From Selaginella moellendorffii (lineage: Eukaryota > Plantae > Lycopodiophyta): DNA of 64,000 nt. The notes under the pieces were generated by a model. The model was not told where the DNA came from. It saw only the letters and a program-made list of their open reading frames with translations, and ran no database searches. Each line of letters starts with the position of its first letter. Within the stretch, counting starts at the first letter, position 1. The DNA lies in contig NW_003314291.1 of assembly GCF_000143415.4 (NCBI RefSeq), positions 407,316 through 471,315 on the forward strand, written 5' to 3'. Position numbers and translations under genes: made by a program. Positions 34,485 to 48,875 of the stretch are shown here, piece after piece.

Positions 34485-35580
34485 AGAGTGGTGTATGGTG
34501 TTGTTGCTCAAGAACACTGTCCCAGATAGGACGACTTCGCCTCTCTCCTTAACTTTACACTTGAAGGAGATCCTGAAAGAAGAAGCAAGCGTTACAGGGA
34601 TGATCTAGCAAGAGAAACGATTGCAAATGCTTACTGCGAGCTCTTGCCTTGTTCAATGTTACGAGCATTTCCCCGGATAGACGTGGTGCAGGAACCTGGA
34701 GCTGATCGTTGCAATTCTCATCAGATCACCATTGCAGCCGTACCGAATTATAGCTCTCACGGCATAGCTAAGCATGCAAAGCCCATGACGAATGGGACGC
34801 TGGAAGCTCTGTTTTTAAATCCCGTCACAGACGTCATTCGCAAGAACAAAAAAGCTTACCCTGCATCTGTGGCGAGCTTTGGGTCTGAATGCAAGGGATT
34901 CATGTCTCAGAGTAACGCCTACATCACGGACGAGTAACTTATGTTCTACAAGGAAAAACTAAAAATGAAAGTTAATCTTTCGTTACCTGGTTCGGCCTGA
35001 TTTGATCTTCAAACTCGAAGTCTGGAGGAGTTGCGTCAAATTCTTTCTCATTGAAACTGATGGGAAACTGTGACGATGTTCGCAACGAGAAGGAGAACGG
35101 CTTTCCAGGACCTGCCTAGAATCCTCCAGCACCCCTCTGTTTTTGCTAGCTAGTTAGCTCTTACAAGGAGCACAAGCCAAGATTCAGACCTCACCTCTTT
35201 GAAGCCATTCAGGAGAGCTAGCGTGCTTCACGTCTGCGTAAGAATACCAAAGTCCTGCAAAATTGTTGACTTAGGCTAGGCCTACTCTCTGTTCAATTAT
35301 ACAAAAGCTACAGCACCTTTGCAGACATAGCAGTTCCCTGGTATCGATGCAAGAGTTCCATTTCAACCACTGGAAAAGTGGCGCATAGGCCTATCATTTT
35401 TGCGCATGAATCACGAAACATGTCGTGAAGACCTGAAATTCGTTAACCTGAATTTACAACGATAGAGACACTTGAAATTCAAGGAAAAAGAGAAAAGAGA
35501 AACCTTACCCGTTGGATGTGGTTTGTAAATCTCCACATACTGTTCACCACCAGTAGCTTGGGATCAAAACTGCAAATTAT
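34485..35580 (-). pseudogene. ECH2: Peroxisomal enoyl-CoA hydratase 2 pseudogene with introns
   Basis: Minus-strand exons give FDPKLL..EQYVEIYKP, GAGGF..PDFEFEDQ, DMNPLHSDP, FQRPIRHGLCML..RFLHHVYPG and FKCKVKERGEVVLSG, with stops and frameshifts. Confidence 0.8.
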
Positions 35581-38438
35581 ATACATTTTTTCCAGGCTAG
35601 GAAAACAAGAGATGGACCTTATAACTTAGCCCAGGCAAATCATGTTAGGTTAGGAATTAGTGAAATTGCCCAAAAGTATATAAATTGACTATGATTTTGT
35701 AACTTCGATTATGAATGGGAGATAGATATGATGTCAATCTAGAAGACACTTGCTATCTGATCAATCTTGGTGTCAACCAAACCTGGTGAGTTCTGTAGAT
35801 TGTGATCCAGAAGCTGCAGCAGCAGATAGAGGTGGAACTGTGATAGCCACAGCAGCACATTGGGAGCCAGAGGAAGGAGCCTCAGATTCAAATTATGATA
35901 GCAGCACATCGGGAGCCAGAGGAGCCAGGCAGAGATCTCCAATCCAAGAGGACTTTCATTCAGATGGATGAATGTAACCTCTCATTAACTACACAAGAAA
36001 ACATTCTACACAGTGTGTCCCAAAAGAGACTATTAATGTCAAGCATGACATTCTGCCATAAATACCTTCACTTCTGGAGAACATGAAACAGATGGCTTGA
36101 AGGAACTCCATTAGTGATTAAGGAATTCTGGCATGGCAGTAAATTTTGACAGAGTCATGGATTTTCTGTCGGGATCTCATTTCTACATCAACATCTCCAC
36201 ATGCATGACAAGCAAGAGGTTGGCAAAGAAAATTTACAAGAGGAGAAAGTGTAAGTCTAGATCACAAAAGGTGATTGTTTGTTCATTCTTTTTTTATTGT
36301 GTGTTCTTATTTTCAGGATCCCATGCTTAGCATCACTCCAAAGAAGGCCAATTGGGACTTGTGTAAAGACCTACAAAGAAGCTGGAGAAACTGGAGAGAC
36401 AAACAATGCATGCTATTCTAAGCTTCTATGTTCTTGAAACTTATCTTGCTTTGAGCAGCCAGGCTATAACAAGACTAAATAAGTTTCTATTCTCTACAAT
36501 GTCACTTTTTTGTTCTCAAGCTTTGATATTTAGAGCTGTTTCTGCTTAAGCACTAGTTCCTTAGGGTGCATAATCCTGTAGTGCCACATTTTTAAGCCTG
36601 GCTTATCTGCTTGATAAAGAGAGGAAGTGGCGATTTGCTGCTAGGGTTTGGGACCACTAGGTTGTGCTCCAAAAAAGGCAGGATTTGCTTCTTCTCAAGA
36701 TTATGTTTGCATTTCTAGAGTAAGGCTGTGGTGTCATCGCAGAACCTCAAAGAAGGCAAGATTTAGTTTGATTGCTTCTTCTTGACATTGCCAAGGTTTG
36801 GAGGCTATAGCATCATCACAGTATCACCAAGTTGCGATCAGAGGCTCAAAACACACTCACCGACCAGCTCTAAATGGAGTGAGACATAAGTCAATTTCTT
36901 TCATGTTTATGTCTTGCTTAAGCTGCAGGGATGTGGTGACCAGCCAAGCTTACATCATGAATTGCCAACTGAGACCAGCAGAGCAAGGATGCATCCTAAG
37001 AGTCTCCTTCACAACAGCTTGGAGGTACACCATTTTCATACTTGGCGACTTTAGACTTTCCAACCATACCAGTAATCTCATTGCACAACCTTCTTTTGGA
37101 TTTCAGGATCCACGAGAATCCATTCAGTGAAGAGAGCAACGGTGTCAGGCCTTGGAAAATCATCTCCTATGAAGTCATGGCATAAGAAACATTATGTAAG
37201 TCATTAGAGCAGGAACTGATGTTTATGCATTTAAAGTGAAAATACATGTTAAGAATAACTAATTAGAAGGTATAATGAAAAGGTGGCTGCTTTTTAGGTC
37301 ATGTGTAAAAAAAATTCATTAGCATTTCACCATACCACAACTCCATCTAGTGAAATTTTTGTCATTCTTCCTAAAATTTTGCCATAAAAGTTTTCCATAA
37401 TTTTTTTTTTTTGAAAAAAAAATTCTGTCCAGGCTGGCAGTGTTACTTGGAGGCCACAAATATCACCAACAAGCCTATTATTGAAAAGAACTGTAAATGT
37501 GGGAAGAACCTACATGATGACTTCTAACTGTCAATAGAAGAAGAAAAAAAAATTTAGTAGTACTTACCATGAACTTTATGTTCTTCCACAGTTTCCATGA
37601 AGGAGTTATGCGTCTATTTACCTGCAAAGTGAAAGAAATCATCTCAAAGTTACTGAAAAAAAGATTAATATTGGGATCTTTGATGAAAACTATTGCAGTT
37701 GCCAACTCTAAGCCAAGCCTACTCCATATGCAAAAGCATGAATCAAGTCATGTAATTATCACTGAAAATACCAACAAAACATATCTGAAAAACATAAACT
37801 TGGAGTACTTCTTGGCTGCTTCTCTTATGAATGGAAGTGCATGCTCTCCTATGTCAGAAAAAAGAATAGCTTTCACCTATAAAGAAGTGAAAAAGAGAGA
37901 GATTTTGATTAGTATTATAGGATTTTGTTTATTATACTGGATTGGATAGCAACATAGCTTTTCAATCTTCCTTGCATTCATTACTATTCTTCTCAAAACT
38001 TGGTAGCGATCATTTTCACTAAAATCTAAAACAAGCACTAGCTAAAGTCATGTAAATACTTGAGTTCATTAAAAAATTTAGACCACATAAGGCACTAGTA
38101 TGGTAGCAAGAATTGTAACTAAGGCCTTTGAAATACATACAGTGTTTGTTGGGGAAAGTAGAACAAAGCTAAATATGAAAGACTTCCCTGCCCTCACTAG
38201 AAACAGAAAGACAAACCAAAACACACAAGTGCTCACATGTGAAGACACATGTGGGATTGAGAGCTTTTTTTTTGGCAAGGCTACTGTTGAGCATGACTCT
38301 CACTCAAAAGCATTAGAACAAATCTTTCAAGGAAGGAACAATACAAGAAAATAAAATAAAAAGTGGAAAGAAAAATAAGATGAAAGACCTCTCATCCAAA
38401 TCCTCTTACTTAAAAGCTTTAGAAACAAGCTTTCATGG

Positions 38439-39990
38439 ATGTTGCGAATGTGACTTCGGGTATCAAAAGATACTTGTCAGTCAGTCTTTACGGACACTCT
38501 TTCCTTATTGCCATGATGGATGTTATTTTAGTATACTAATGGCCTAATGTGAAGATATAAGTACTCTACTAGTTAGCATGGTATGGAATTTGGGCCTCCA
38601 GACACAGAACAAAGACAAAATTTACTAAATATGGAATAGCATTAGATTGTGAATCTAAATGTAAGTTTAAAATTATTATGTTCAAAATAATCTCTACATT
38701 CAGTAGATAAGCCTCACTAGTAGATCTAGATACTTTCCATAAATAGCCAATGGGATTGAATAGGACCAATACATAGGAAATGATAGTGAGAGTGTCTTAG
38801 TACATATGATAAGCTATCATATAATAAATATTAAAGGACTAACTTCAATATTGCGGGGGTCCAATATTAGCAATTGCAAAGCGACATATGAATTTTTCAT
38901 CTCAGGCTGAGTATGCTTAGCAAAAACACATAAAATTTTCTACTTTATAATAAGTATGTACATGATGACTAATTTCTCAACTAGCTTGGACAAAGACTAA
39001 TAAAGGGAATTAACAATACTGACCTTCTACCGTCATGGCACTAAGAGAAAAATATTTGGAAAAACTCATCAATGGGTAACTTTTGATATTCATAACAAAA
39101 AACTTAAGTAAAACCTTGATTTTTATTTTTATTATTTTATTTCATCTTCCATTGTAGCACACCTAAATTTGGAGCCAAACTCCAAGCCCGTTGCACTACA
39201 AAACGAGGGTCCGGTACAATCCCACAAGCACTAGCTCCCCATATCCAACACCTGCACGCAAAATGGTGTCAGACGGAGTCTGGCAATATTTTGGCATACC
39301 GGTGGCCTAACGCAAGAAGGGTACCCCACTGACTAAAGTAGCGTGAAGCTTGGGTTTAGACCCAAGCCGGACGCAGAACAAGGAGTGACATAGCCTAGCG
39401 GGAGCTAAACTAATGTCTCAGGTGGTCGGACATGTATTCCAACCACTATCCCTACTATACATTTGGAACCCCCTATAGCCCCCCCCCCCCCCCTAAGGAA
39501 CACATGCTTTGGGCTTTCACCCCAAGCCTCCTTTAGTACCAAAAGTTAGTCTCTGGGATAAGCTCGAAACTTATTAAATATGGAATGGCGCTAGATTGTG
39601 AATTTCGACACGGGATGAACACCATTGTGTTCGGGCTGATCTCTACATTCCGTAGATATGCCAAATAAACTAATCTAGACACTTTCCATAAATAGCATTT
39701 GGGACCGAAATAAGACTAACACAAAAGGCATAATAGTGAGGGTGTTTGGCAAACACGGTAAACTATCATCCAACAATATTAAGGGACTAGTCTCAATACA
39801 CGAGGGTTTTTGTCACTAACAAGTGCAAGACAAAACGAGACGGGAACTCCTTACCGGGCTAAGTATGTTTAACTAATAGTACGTAGAAATTCTGTCCTTA
39901 TACTTGTTTGGTCTAAGTACACTCGAAATGCCCAGTTAACTCCACTAGCACAAGAGGGGCTACTAAAGGGATCTAACTATACCGACCTTC
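38439..39990. mobile_element. Nested fragments of the same LTR family as 1216-2361
   Basis: Inverted LTR end at about 38439-38520, an old degenerate copy at about 38590-39095, and a younger truncated copy starting TGTAGC at 39153. Confidence 0.7.
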
Positions 39991-40619
39991 TGTAGACTCT
40001 ATTTGGCTTTGTTTGGCTTTGTTTTATGTATTAATCTTAGTGTTGGGATGTTAGATCTTCTAAAACTATTCTAAAGTCATTTTGTGCTTTTATTCTTTTA
40101 GTCTTTAACTTGTATGCTTGGGAGTTATTTCATGTTTTGGTTCTTTTGGCTATATGTCCAGAAGTTTAGCTTCGTTCCTTCATTCAGTGGCTTAAGGCCT
40201 TGAAACTTAGATTTCACTTTGCTACTCTTGACTCATGTGTTTAAGGGTTTAATTTCACTTTATAGTTATCCTATATTAAATTACTATAGGATAAAGGGTG
40301 AAAACCATGTGTACTACACTTTTGAGTAGAAAGGTTTTACTTCTTGGTTTTGTTTTCAATTTTTATTATTGTTGTTTTTTATTTGATTTTACTTTGGATT
40401 TTGTTATTGCTATTAGATTATAAATGAAATATTTTTATTATTGTTGGATTTTGTTGTTATTATTAAATTTCACCTTTTGGATTTTGAGATCTCAATTCTC
40501 CCACTCAAAGGAAACAAAAGTAATAAAAACCAACCATCCCATTCTAATCTTAATCATTACCAACCCAAGCAAATCATGCTAGCAAACTAGTGAAATTGCT
40601 AGATAGTATATATATTGTT

Positions 40620-41640
40620 ATGAATTTGATTATGAATGTGAGATATTGACTAAATAATGTGGCCACAATGCTCTACTAAATATTTTACCTTAAAATAAAG
40701 AAGATCAATAGATGCGCTCGATGTGAATCTAGAAGATACTTATTGTCTGATTGATCTTGGCACTAATATCACTAGTAACATTTAATGAGTTATGTATATC
40801 ATGATCTAGAAGCCACAACAACAAATAAGTGTTTAAGATCTAGATGGAGCTAGAGAAGATCATGATGAAGAGCTAGTCATAATAGCAGATCTAGCATCAA
40901 ATTATGAAGTAACAACAGCCTCATTGAGACATGGAGGAGCTATACAAAGAGCTAAATAAAGCCTTAGATTTAGATAAACTAACTAGGCAAAGAGGTTCAA
41001 CCTGAGTTAGGTGGAGCCTTAGATCTAGATAATGATCCAAAGCTTGGGGAAGTTATAGTAGCACATTGGGAGCCAGAGGAAGAAGCCTTGAATTCAAATT
41101 ATGATCAAAAGGCTAATGGAACTATAACAACACCTTAGGAGCTAAAGGAACTAAATAGAGAGTTTGAATTTGAAAGTACTTTCATCCAAGTGCAATAAGC
41201 AATGGATGAATAGAACCTCTCCTTAACTGCACAAAAAGGCATTCTACAAAATTCTGGAGATGTGGTCATAAAGAGATTATTATCGAGATATAAATCATTT
41301 GGAATGGTATCCATGACAAAGTCCCATTATAGTGAAGGTAACTTTATGTTTCACTATTTTGCATTAACCAAGTAGCTAAAGTTACTAATATTAAGTGTGT
41401 CATCCTGTTATAAATACCTTCGTTTGTGAAGAAAATAAAATGAATGGCTTGAAGAAACTTTAAGGAATTCTAGCACAGCAATAAGCTTTGGTAGAGTCAT
41501 AAATTTCATGATTCAAATTCATCTTTTGAATTAATCAAGATAATGTATCATTCAAATTTCTATCCTCTTTTCTAAAGGTTCTTTTTCACAAAAAGTGATC
41601 TTTATCACTAATGGTGGATGAAGTTGTTTCAAATCATTAC
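40620..41640. repeat. Degenerate dispersed repeat, unclassified
   Basis: Same orientation as 35650-36200 and 47130-47620; inverted relative to 32200-33130 and 43550-44710. Confidence 0.55.
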
Positions 41641-44600
41641 CACTATTTTTTATTCCCTTTCCCAGGAGTTTAATTAAAGAAGATATCAAATAAGTGTTAA
41701 GCAACTTTTAGCAATGATTTGGAGTACTTCTCCTCACAAGGGTAAAAATGAATTTCAACTATCCAAAGATCAGTGATTTATATTGAGAGTTTTGCTTTTT
41801 GCTTTTGTAAAAGATTATTTTGCTCTATATAAGGCCAAAATATTTCTCTCTAGAGCTCCTTATTATTGTTAACACATTTTTTTAATGAGGAGGGTTATAC
41901 AACATTAATATTGAAGAAAAGAAAAAGAAGACAAAGGTTATAGTGTATGTCAATAACTGATTGCAAAGCAAATTTCTAATATAAAGAAGGCTTATGAGTA
42001 TACTCTTTGACCATATCACAGAGCTACACAAAGTGTTATTAATAAAGTCTTAGTGACTTGGTATATTAGGAGTATCAGACACAAACTTATGATGAATTTG
42101 GAAGAGAAATAAACTTTTGTTTTTATTTTAAAACTTTAGAGGTTTTACAAGATATATAAATTTTATTTGTTGTTGCTTTGAAAATTTTTGCAATATACTT
42201 TTTATAGAAATTAAGTGCTATGATGTGCATTCCATCATGGACAAGATTTACTGCTTGATCATAAAAGGGAAGTTGACAAACTTGTTATATATATATTTAA
42301 CAATAAACATTTTTTGATATAGTGGGAACCATTTGGCTTCATGAATTTGAACAATGCCAGTTATTTAATATTAAAGAAAGCAAGGCATTCATTCAATTTT
42401 TCTTGCTGTATTTGCTTCTCTAATTTCCTAATGTTCCCAAAAAAATTTTAAATTGATATTATGCACTTATTATATACATATATAATTGCAAAAGGCTAAA
42501 CAAAAAGTGTTTTTTAAGTTGAAAAGACACTCTTATGTGCTTTTGGTGTTCATTGTAAAAACATCTTATAGGCTAAACACATCACCACTAAGTTTGTGGT
42601 TTTTATCTTTTCCATTCTTAATATTCATTTTTATTATTCATAAAGTGGGGAGATGATCAATGATGTGGAGTGGTATGGACCATGTCACATAATATGGTGC
42701 TATAGGTTTAAGAGGTGCTAAAAAGTAGTTCTAGCATTACACAAGCTAAACGGTAAGACATTGAAAGTGAAGACGCCCCAAGGTGTCTGAAAGGCCGTAA
42801 GATCTCAATGATTAATATTTAACATTCTGAATAATTGACATATTTCATTTATATCCTTTGCTTATTTTCTATTTTAATAACTGGTAACAAGTTCAATTTA
42901 TCACTTCTCAAGGCTTTTAGCAACTAAATATAATATATTGACAATGAAGACGGCAAACTACCTCTAAAGTGGCTATGAGCTCCTATTAAAGCAGTTGTAC
43001 AAAAAGTCATGGAAAGAGTGTCAAATATACATGTAATAAATTGTTGATTATTGCAAGTTTTGAGTTGATATTTTGATGCACATATGAGCTCAAAGAAGGA
43101 AGCTCAAAAGGTCTGGAATGAACTTCTTACATATGGAAGTCAATTGTTAAATTTGTTGAGAGGTGTTTTTTATGAAACATGCAGGATAGTGATATTATAA
43201 GTGGACATAAAGTAGAGAGTACATATTTTTACATGCTTAAAAGCCATATTTTATTTTTCAAAAGAGTTATTTTAAATTCATCAGAAAGGAAATATACAGT
43301 TTCTTTCTTTGTATTTTGTTTTATATGGCTTGTTATTTTTAGCTCAAAGCTATAAGAAACACTATTATATGGAAGAATTCTTCTTTCCAATTTCAGATAT
43401 TTTACATCAGTATCTTTTGTTTGAGCTTCACAACAATATAAATTTAGCCTTTGAATACAATGAGTTAAAGTTCCATGACAAACTACTTTAACTAGGACAT
43501 ATCGAGAATTTATCTAATTTATCCACTAAAAGGCGATATTGTTAAAGCAATTTCATCCACTATCCATCCACCATCCATCATGAAATTCAGCTTTTATAAT
43601 AATACAAGAGTGATGGATGGAAAATCAATGCACATTGACAAGGATCACCTTATATGAAAAAGAGCCTTTAAAAATGAAGATAGAAAGTTGAATGATACTC
43701 TAGCATAGTAGAAAGTTTTAGCAGAATCATAGATTTTGAAATCCTAAGTCATCTTTTGGATCAATGAAGGTAATCATTGATGGAGTTCCTTCAAGCCGTT
43801 TGTTTCATTTTCTCCACAAGCAAAGGTATTTATAGTAAGATGACACACTCAATATTAGTAATTTTAGCTACTTAGCTAGTGGAAGATAGTGAAACATAAA
43901 GTTACCTTCATTGCAATGGTACTTTGACGTGAATACCATTTTAAATGATTTATATCTCAATAATAATCTCTTCAGAGGCACACTTCTGGAATTTTGTAGA
44001 ATGCTTTCTTGTGCAGCTAAAGATAAATTCTATTCATCCATTGCTTGTTGCATCTATATGAAAGTCCTCTCAAATTCAAGCTCTCTACCTAGTTCTTTTG
44101 ACTTCTAGTATGTTACTATAACTCCATCAAGCTTTGGAACATAATCTGAAATTAAGGCTCCTTCCTCTAACTCCTAGTGTGCTATTATGGCTTCCCCAAA
44201 CTCTGGATCATAATCTAAATCTAAGGCTCCACCTAACTCAAATTGAAGCTCTATGCCTAGTTTTTCTCGCTCCAAGTGTGCTACTATAGCTTTCCCAAGT
44301 TCTAGATCATAATTTGAATCTGAGGCTTCACTTTAACTCAAATTGAAGCTCTTTGCATAGCTCTTCTAAATCCCTATGTGCTATTACTGCTTCACAATTT
44401 GATGTTAGATTTGCTATTGTGGTTAACTCTCCATCATGATCTTCCACCTAGATCTCAACCACTATCTACTGCTATGGTTCACAATCTACAAAACTCACTA
44501 GATCTTGATAACAATGTTGGCACCAAAATCAATTAGACAGGAAGTGTCCTCCAGATCTGCTGAAGAGCCACATCAAGCACATCTACAGATCTTCTGCATT

Positions 44601-45393
44601 TTAGGCAAAATACTGCATTGTGGCTAGATTATTTTAGTCAATATAATCAAAGTTACAAAATCATAATCAATTTATATACTGTCTGGCAATTTCACTAGTT
44701 TCTATTTTGCTAGCGTGATTCACCCGGGCTGACATTGTTCAGAACAAAGCTTTCAGGGAAGGCAAAGGCAAACAACAACAAAAAATTACTGTCAACTATA
44801 ATCCCAATTCTAACAAAGAGAAAGAGAAATGAAAGTTCTTTGGGTGGTTTTTCCCGACTTCCAAACAAACGACCCGCAAAAATTCATTCCAGGAAGATCA
44901 CGAAGAACAATCAAGCAAAGAAAAGAACTAAACTAGACGCCAATGGATGGAGCTAGTGCTAGCGTTTTAGAGAAAGATCGCTTACCAGGATTGCCTTGTG
45001 TGCGCACACGTCTGGCCCATCACACGCCTTGAGCATCACATCCGACACTGGCAAATCTAGGGTGTCCTGGTCCCAGGCACGCAGGAATTTGGCCTGGCAC
45101 GCCACTGCTTGGAGGCGGCACTCCTTGTCCCGGAGGTGTCCCCACCAGCGACTCCAGCCTGTGGATCCGGCCCCTGTGGCATCGATCACAATACGCGAAC
45201 TCCATCGCATAGGAGCGAAACTCGTACCCTGAGAGGAGCTGGAATTTTTTTCTTTAGACGAATGCCGCCACGTGGCGTGTTTGAAAACGCAGCTAAGTTA
45301 GGTTAGGACTAGATAAACAAAAAGCCCTATGTTAAAAGGTAAATCACTATATAAATCTAGGTATCAAAGTGATCACAACACAACAAAGGATCA

Positions 45394-45974
45394 ATGAGGA
45401 AGCTTGTGGTGGTTGCTTTCTTGGCTATATTCTTTGCAGGAGCTACTTCTTCGTGATTGTTAGCGTCTACTCCACCACGATCTCCATCGCCAGGATCTCT
45501 AGCAGTGGAGAAATCGATTTCTATAGCTGTTTCTTACACAGGAAAGGATACCTTCGCCGATGGAACCCTTTTGACGTGCCCGCAAACCGCGATTCCTCCC
45601 AACGTTATGGTCCCAGGAGATGTTGATCCTGCACAGCTTTACTCCATCGTGATGATAGATGCTTCGCGGTCGATGTTTACATTGGCAGATCAATTCACGT
45701 ACGTCCACTATTGGATCGCCAACATCCCTGGATCAAAGGTTGACGCTGGCACAATTTTGGAGGAGTATATGAGGCCTGCACCCCACGACTTCGTGCAGCA
45801 CAAGTACGAGTACTGTATAAGCAGCAAGGGCAGATCAATACGCCTCTCGCGGATAGATTCGTCAAGGACTGGGAAGCGGTCGCAAGCGCTTACAACCTTG
45901 GCAGCCCAGTAGCAACAACTTCCTTTGTTGTGCAGCTCACCCTAAACTTTAGAACGAGAATGTTCCAATGTTAA
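45394..45974 (+). pseudogene. Secreted PEBP-family gene, copy B (pseudogene)
   Basis: CGA>TGA near codon 21 and a 4-nt deletion near 45810, but an intact C-terminal YNLGSPVATTSFVVQ frame. Confidence 0.8.
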
Positions 45975-46114
45975 AAAGGTGGCTTCTTTGAATCATTGCG
46001 TGATGTTCGAAACTAGAGAAAAGAGATTCAACTATTGTTAGAACAAGATCGTCCCAATGTTATAAAGGTGGCGAGATTATAGAAATGTTCTTTGAATTAA
46101 GAGCGAAAATAGAG

Positions 46115-47085
46115 ACCCGGATAGGACGACTTCGCCTCTATCCTTAACTCTACACTTGAAGGAGATCCTGAAAGAAGAAGCAAGCGTTACGGGGATGATC
46201 TAGCAAGAGAAATGATTGCGACTGCTTACTGCGAGCTCTTGCCTTGTTCAACGTTACGAGCATTTCCCCGGATAGACGTGGTGCAGGAACCTGGAGCTGA
46301 TCGTTGCAATTCTCATCGGATCACCATCGCAGCCGCACCGAATTATAGCTCTCACGGCATAGCTAAGCATGCAAAGCCCATGACGAATGGGACGCTGGAA
46401 GCTGTGTTTTTAAATCCCGTCACAGACGTCATTCGCAAGAACAAAAAAGCTTTCTGCGGCGAGCTTTGGGTCCGAATGCAAGGGATTCATGTCTCAGAGT
46501 CGCCTACATCACGGACGAGTAACTTATGTTCTACAAGGAAAAACTAAAAATGAAAGTTAATCTTTCGTTGCCTGGTTCGGCCTGATTTGATCTTCAAGCT
46601 CGAAGTCTGGAGGAGTTGCGTCAAATTCTTTCTCATTGAAACTGATGGGAAACTGTGACGATGTTCGCAACGAGAAGGAGAACGGCTTTCCAGGACCTGC
46701 CTAGAATCCTCCAGCACCGCGTAAGAATACCAAAGTCCTGCAAAATTGTTGACTTAGGCTAGGCCTACTCTCTGTTCAATCATACAAAAGCTACAGCACC
46801 TTTGCAGACATAGCAGTTCCCCGGTATTGATGCAAGAGTTCCATTTCAACCACTAGAAAAGTGGCGCATAGGCCTATCATTTTGCGCATGAAAAACGAAA
46901 CAGTCGTACCTTTGTCACGAAGACCTGAAATTCGTTTGCTGCTACGAACCTGAATTTACAAAGATAAAGACACTTGAAATTCAAGGAAAAGGAGAAAAGA
47001 GAAACCTTACCCGTGCACTCGTTGGATGTGGTTTGTAAATCTCCACATACTGTTCACCACCAGTAGCTTCGGATCAAAGTTGCAA
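46115..47085 (-). pseudogene. ECH2: ECH2 pseudogene, copy B
   Basis: Duplicate of 34485-35580 with further deletions. Confidence 0.75.
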
Positions 47086-48875
47086 ATTATATACATTTTT
47101 TTCCAGGCTAAAACAAGAGATGGCAGTTAGGTTAGGAATTAGATTTTGTAACTTTGATTATGAATGGGAAGATATAATCTAGAAAGACGCTTGCTGTCTG
47201 ATCAATCTTGGTGCCAACAAAATCTGGTGAGTTCTGTAGATTGTGATCCAAAAGCTACAGCAGCAGATAGAGGTGGAACTGTGATGGAGAGATATCCACA
47301 GCAGCACACTGGGAGCCAGATGAAGGAGCCTCAGATTCAAATTATGATAGCGGCACATTGGGAGCCGGAGGAGCCAGGCAGAGATCTCCAATCCAAGAGG
47401 ATTTTCATCCAGATGGATGAATGTAACCTCTCATTAACTACACAAGAAGACACTCTACAGAAGTTTGGTGGTGTGTCCCTAAAGAGACTATTAATGTCAA
47501 GCATGACATTCTGCCATAAATACCTTCACTTCTGGAGAACATGAAACAGATGGCTTGAAGGAACTCTATTAGTGATTAAGGAATTTTGGCATGGCAGTAA
47601 ATTTTGATAGAGTCATGGATTTTCTGTCGGGATCTCATTTCTGCATCAACATCTCCACATGCAATGTGAATGGCAAAGAAAATTTACAAGAGGAGAAAGA
47701 TCACAAAAGGTGATTGTTTGTTCATTCTTTTTTTCTTGCGTGTTCTTATTTTCAGGGTCCCATGCTTAGCATCACTCCAAAGAAGGCCAATTGGGACTTG
47801 TGTAAAAACCTACAAAGAAGCTGGAGAAACTAGAGAAACAAACAATGCATGCTATTCTAAGCTTCTATGTTCTTGAAACTTATCTTAGTTTTCTTTCTCT
47901 CTGGCTGCTCAAAGAACCTCGAAGAAGGCAAGATTTAGTTTGATTGCTTCATCTCAAGTGCTTGACATTGCCAAGGTTTGGGAGGCTATAGCATCATCAC
48001 AGTACCACTAAGTTGCGATCAGAGGAGAACAATCTCAAAACACACTCACCGACCAGCTCTAAATGGAGTGCGACATAAGTCAATTCCATTCATGTTGATG
48101 TCTTGCTTAAGCAATCTCTCTGGAGACCAGATGGATAGATCTTTGGACCACATGTTTACTATGGCTATGCAGGGATGTGGTGAGCAGCCAAACTTACATC
48201 ATGAATTGCCAACCGAGACAAGGAGACCAAGGATGCATCTGAAGAGTTTCCTTCACAACAGCTTGGAGGTACACCATTTTCATACTTGGCAACTTTAGAC
48301 TTTCAAACTATACCAGTAATCTCATTGCACAACCTTCTTTTTGATTTCAGGATGGATAGCAAGCTCCACTCCATTCAGTGAAGAGAGCAACGGTGTCAGG
48401 CCTTGGAAAATCATCTCCTATGAAGTCACAGAATCAGAAACATTATGTACGTCACTAGAGCAGGAACTGCATACTACTAAGATGATGTTTATGCATTTTA
48501 AAGTGAAAATACATGTTAAGAATAACTAATTAGAATGAAAAGTGGTATAGTGAAAAGGTGGCTGCTTTTTATGTCATGTGTAAAAAATACAATCATTAGC
48601 ATTTCACTATACCACAATTCCATCTAGTGAAATTTTTGTCATTCTTCCTAAAATTTTGCCATAAAAGTTTCCATAAAAGTTTTTTTGAAAAAATCCTCTG
48701 TCCAGGCTGGCAGTGTTACTTGAGGCTGTAAATATCACCAGCAAGCCTATTATTGAAAAGAACTGTAAATGTGGGAAGAACCTATGTAATGACTTCTAAT
48801 TGTCAATAAAGGAAGAAAAAAAAACACTTAGTAGTATTTACCATGAACTTTATGTTCTTCCATAGTTTCCATGAA

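Larger units (their letters stand above)
30520..37600 (+). repeat. Segmental duplication, copy A (~7 kb)
   Basis: Colinear with about 41850-48875: same AT-rich decayed sequence, PEBP gene, ECH2 relic and downstream sequence. Confidence 0.85.
41850..48875 (+). repeat. Segmental duplication, copy B
   Basis: Matches 30520-37600 and ends exactly where an LTR begins (CCATGAA|TGTAGC versus uninterrupted CCATGAAGGAG in copy A). Confidence 0.85.
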
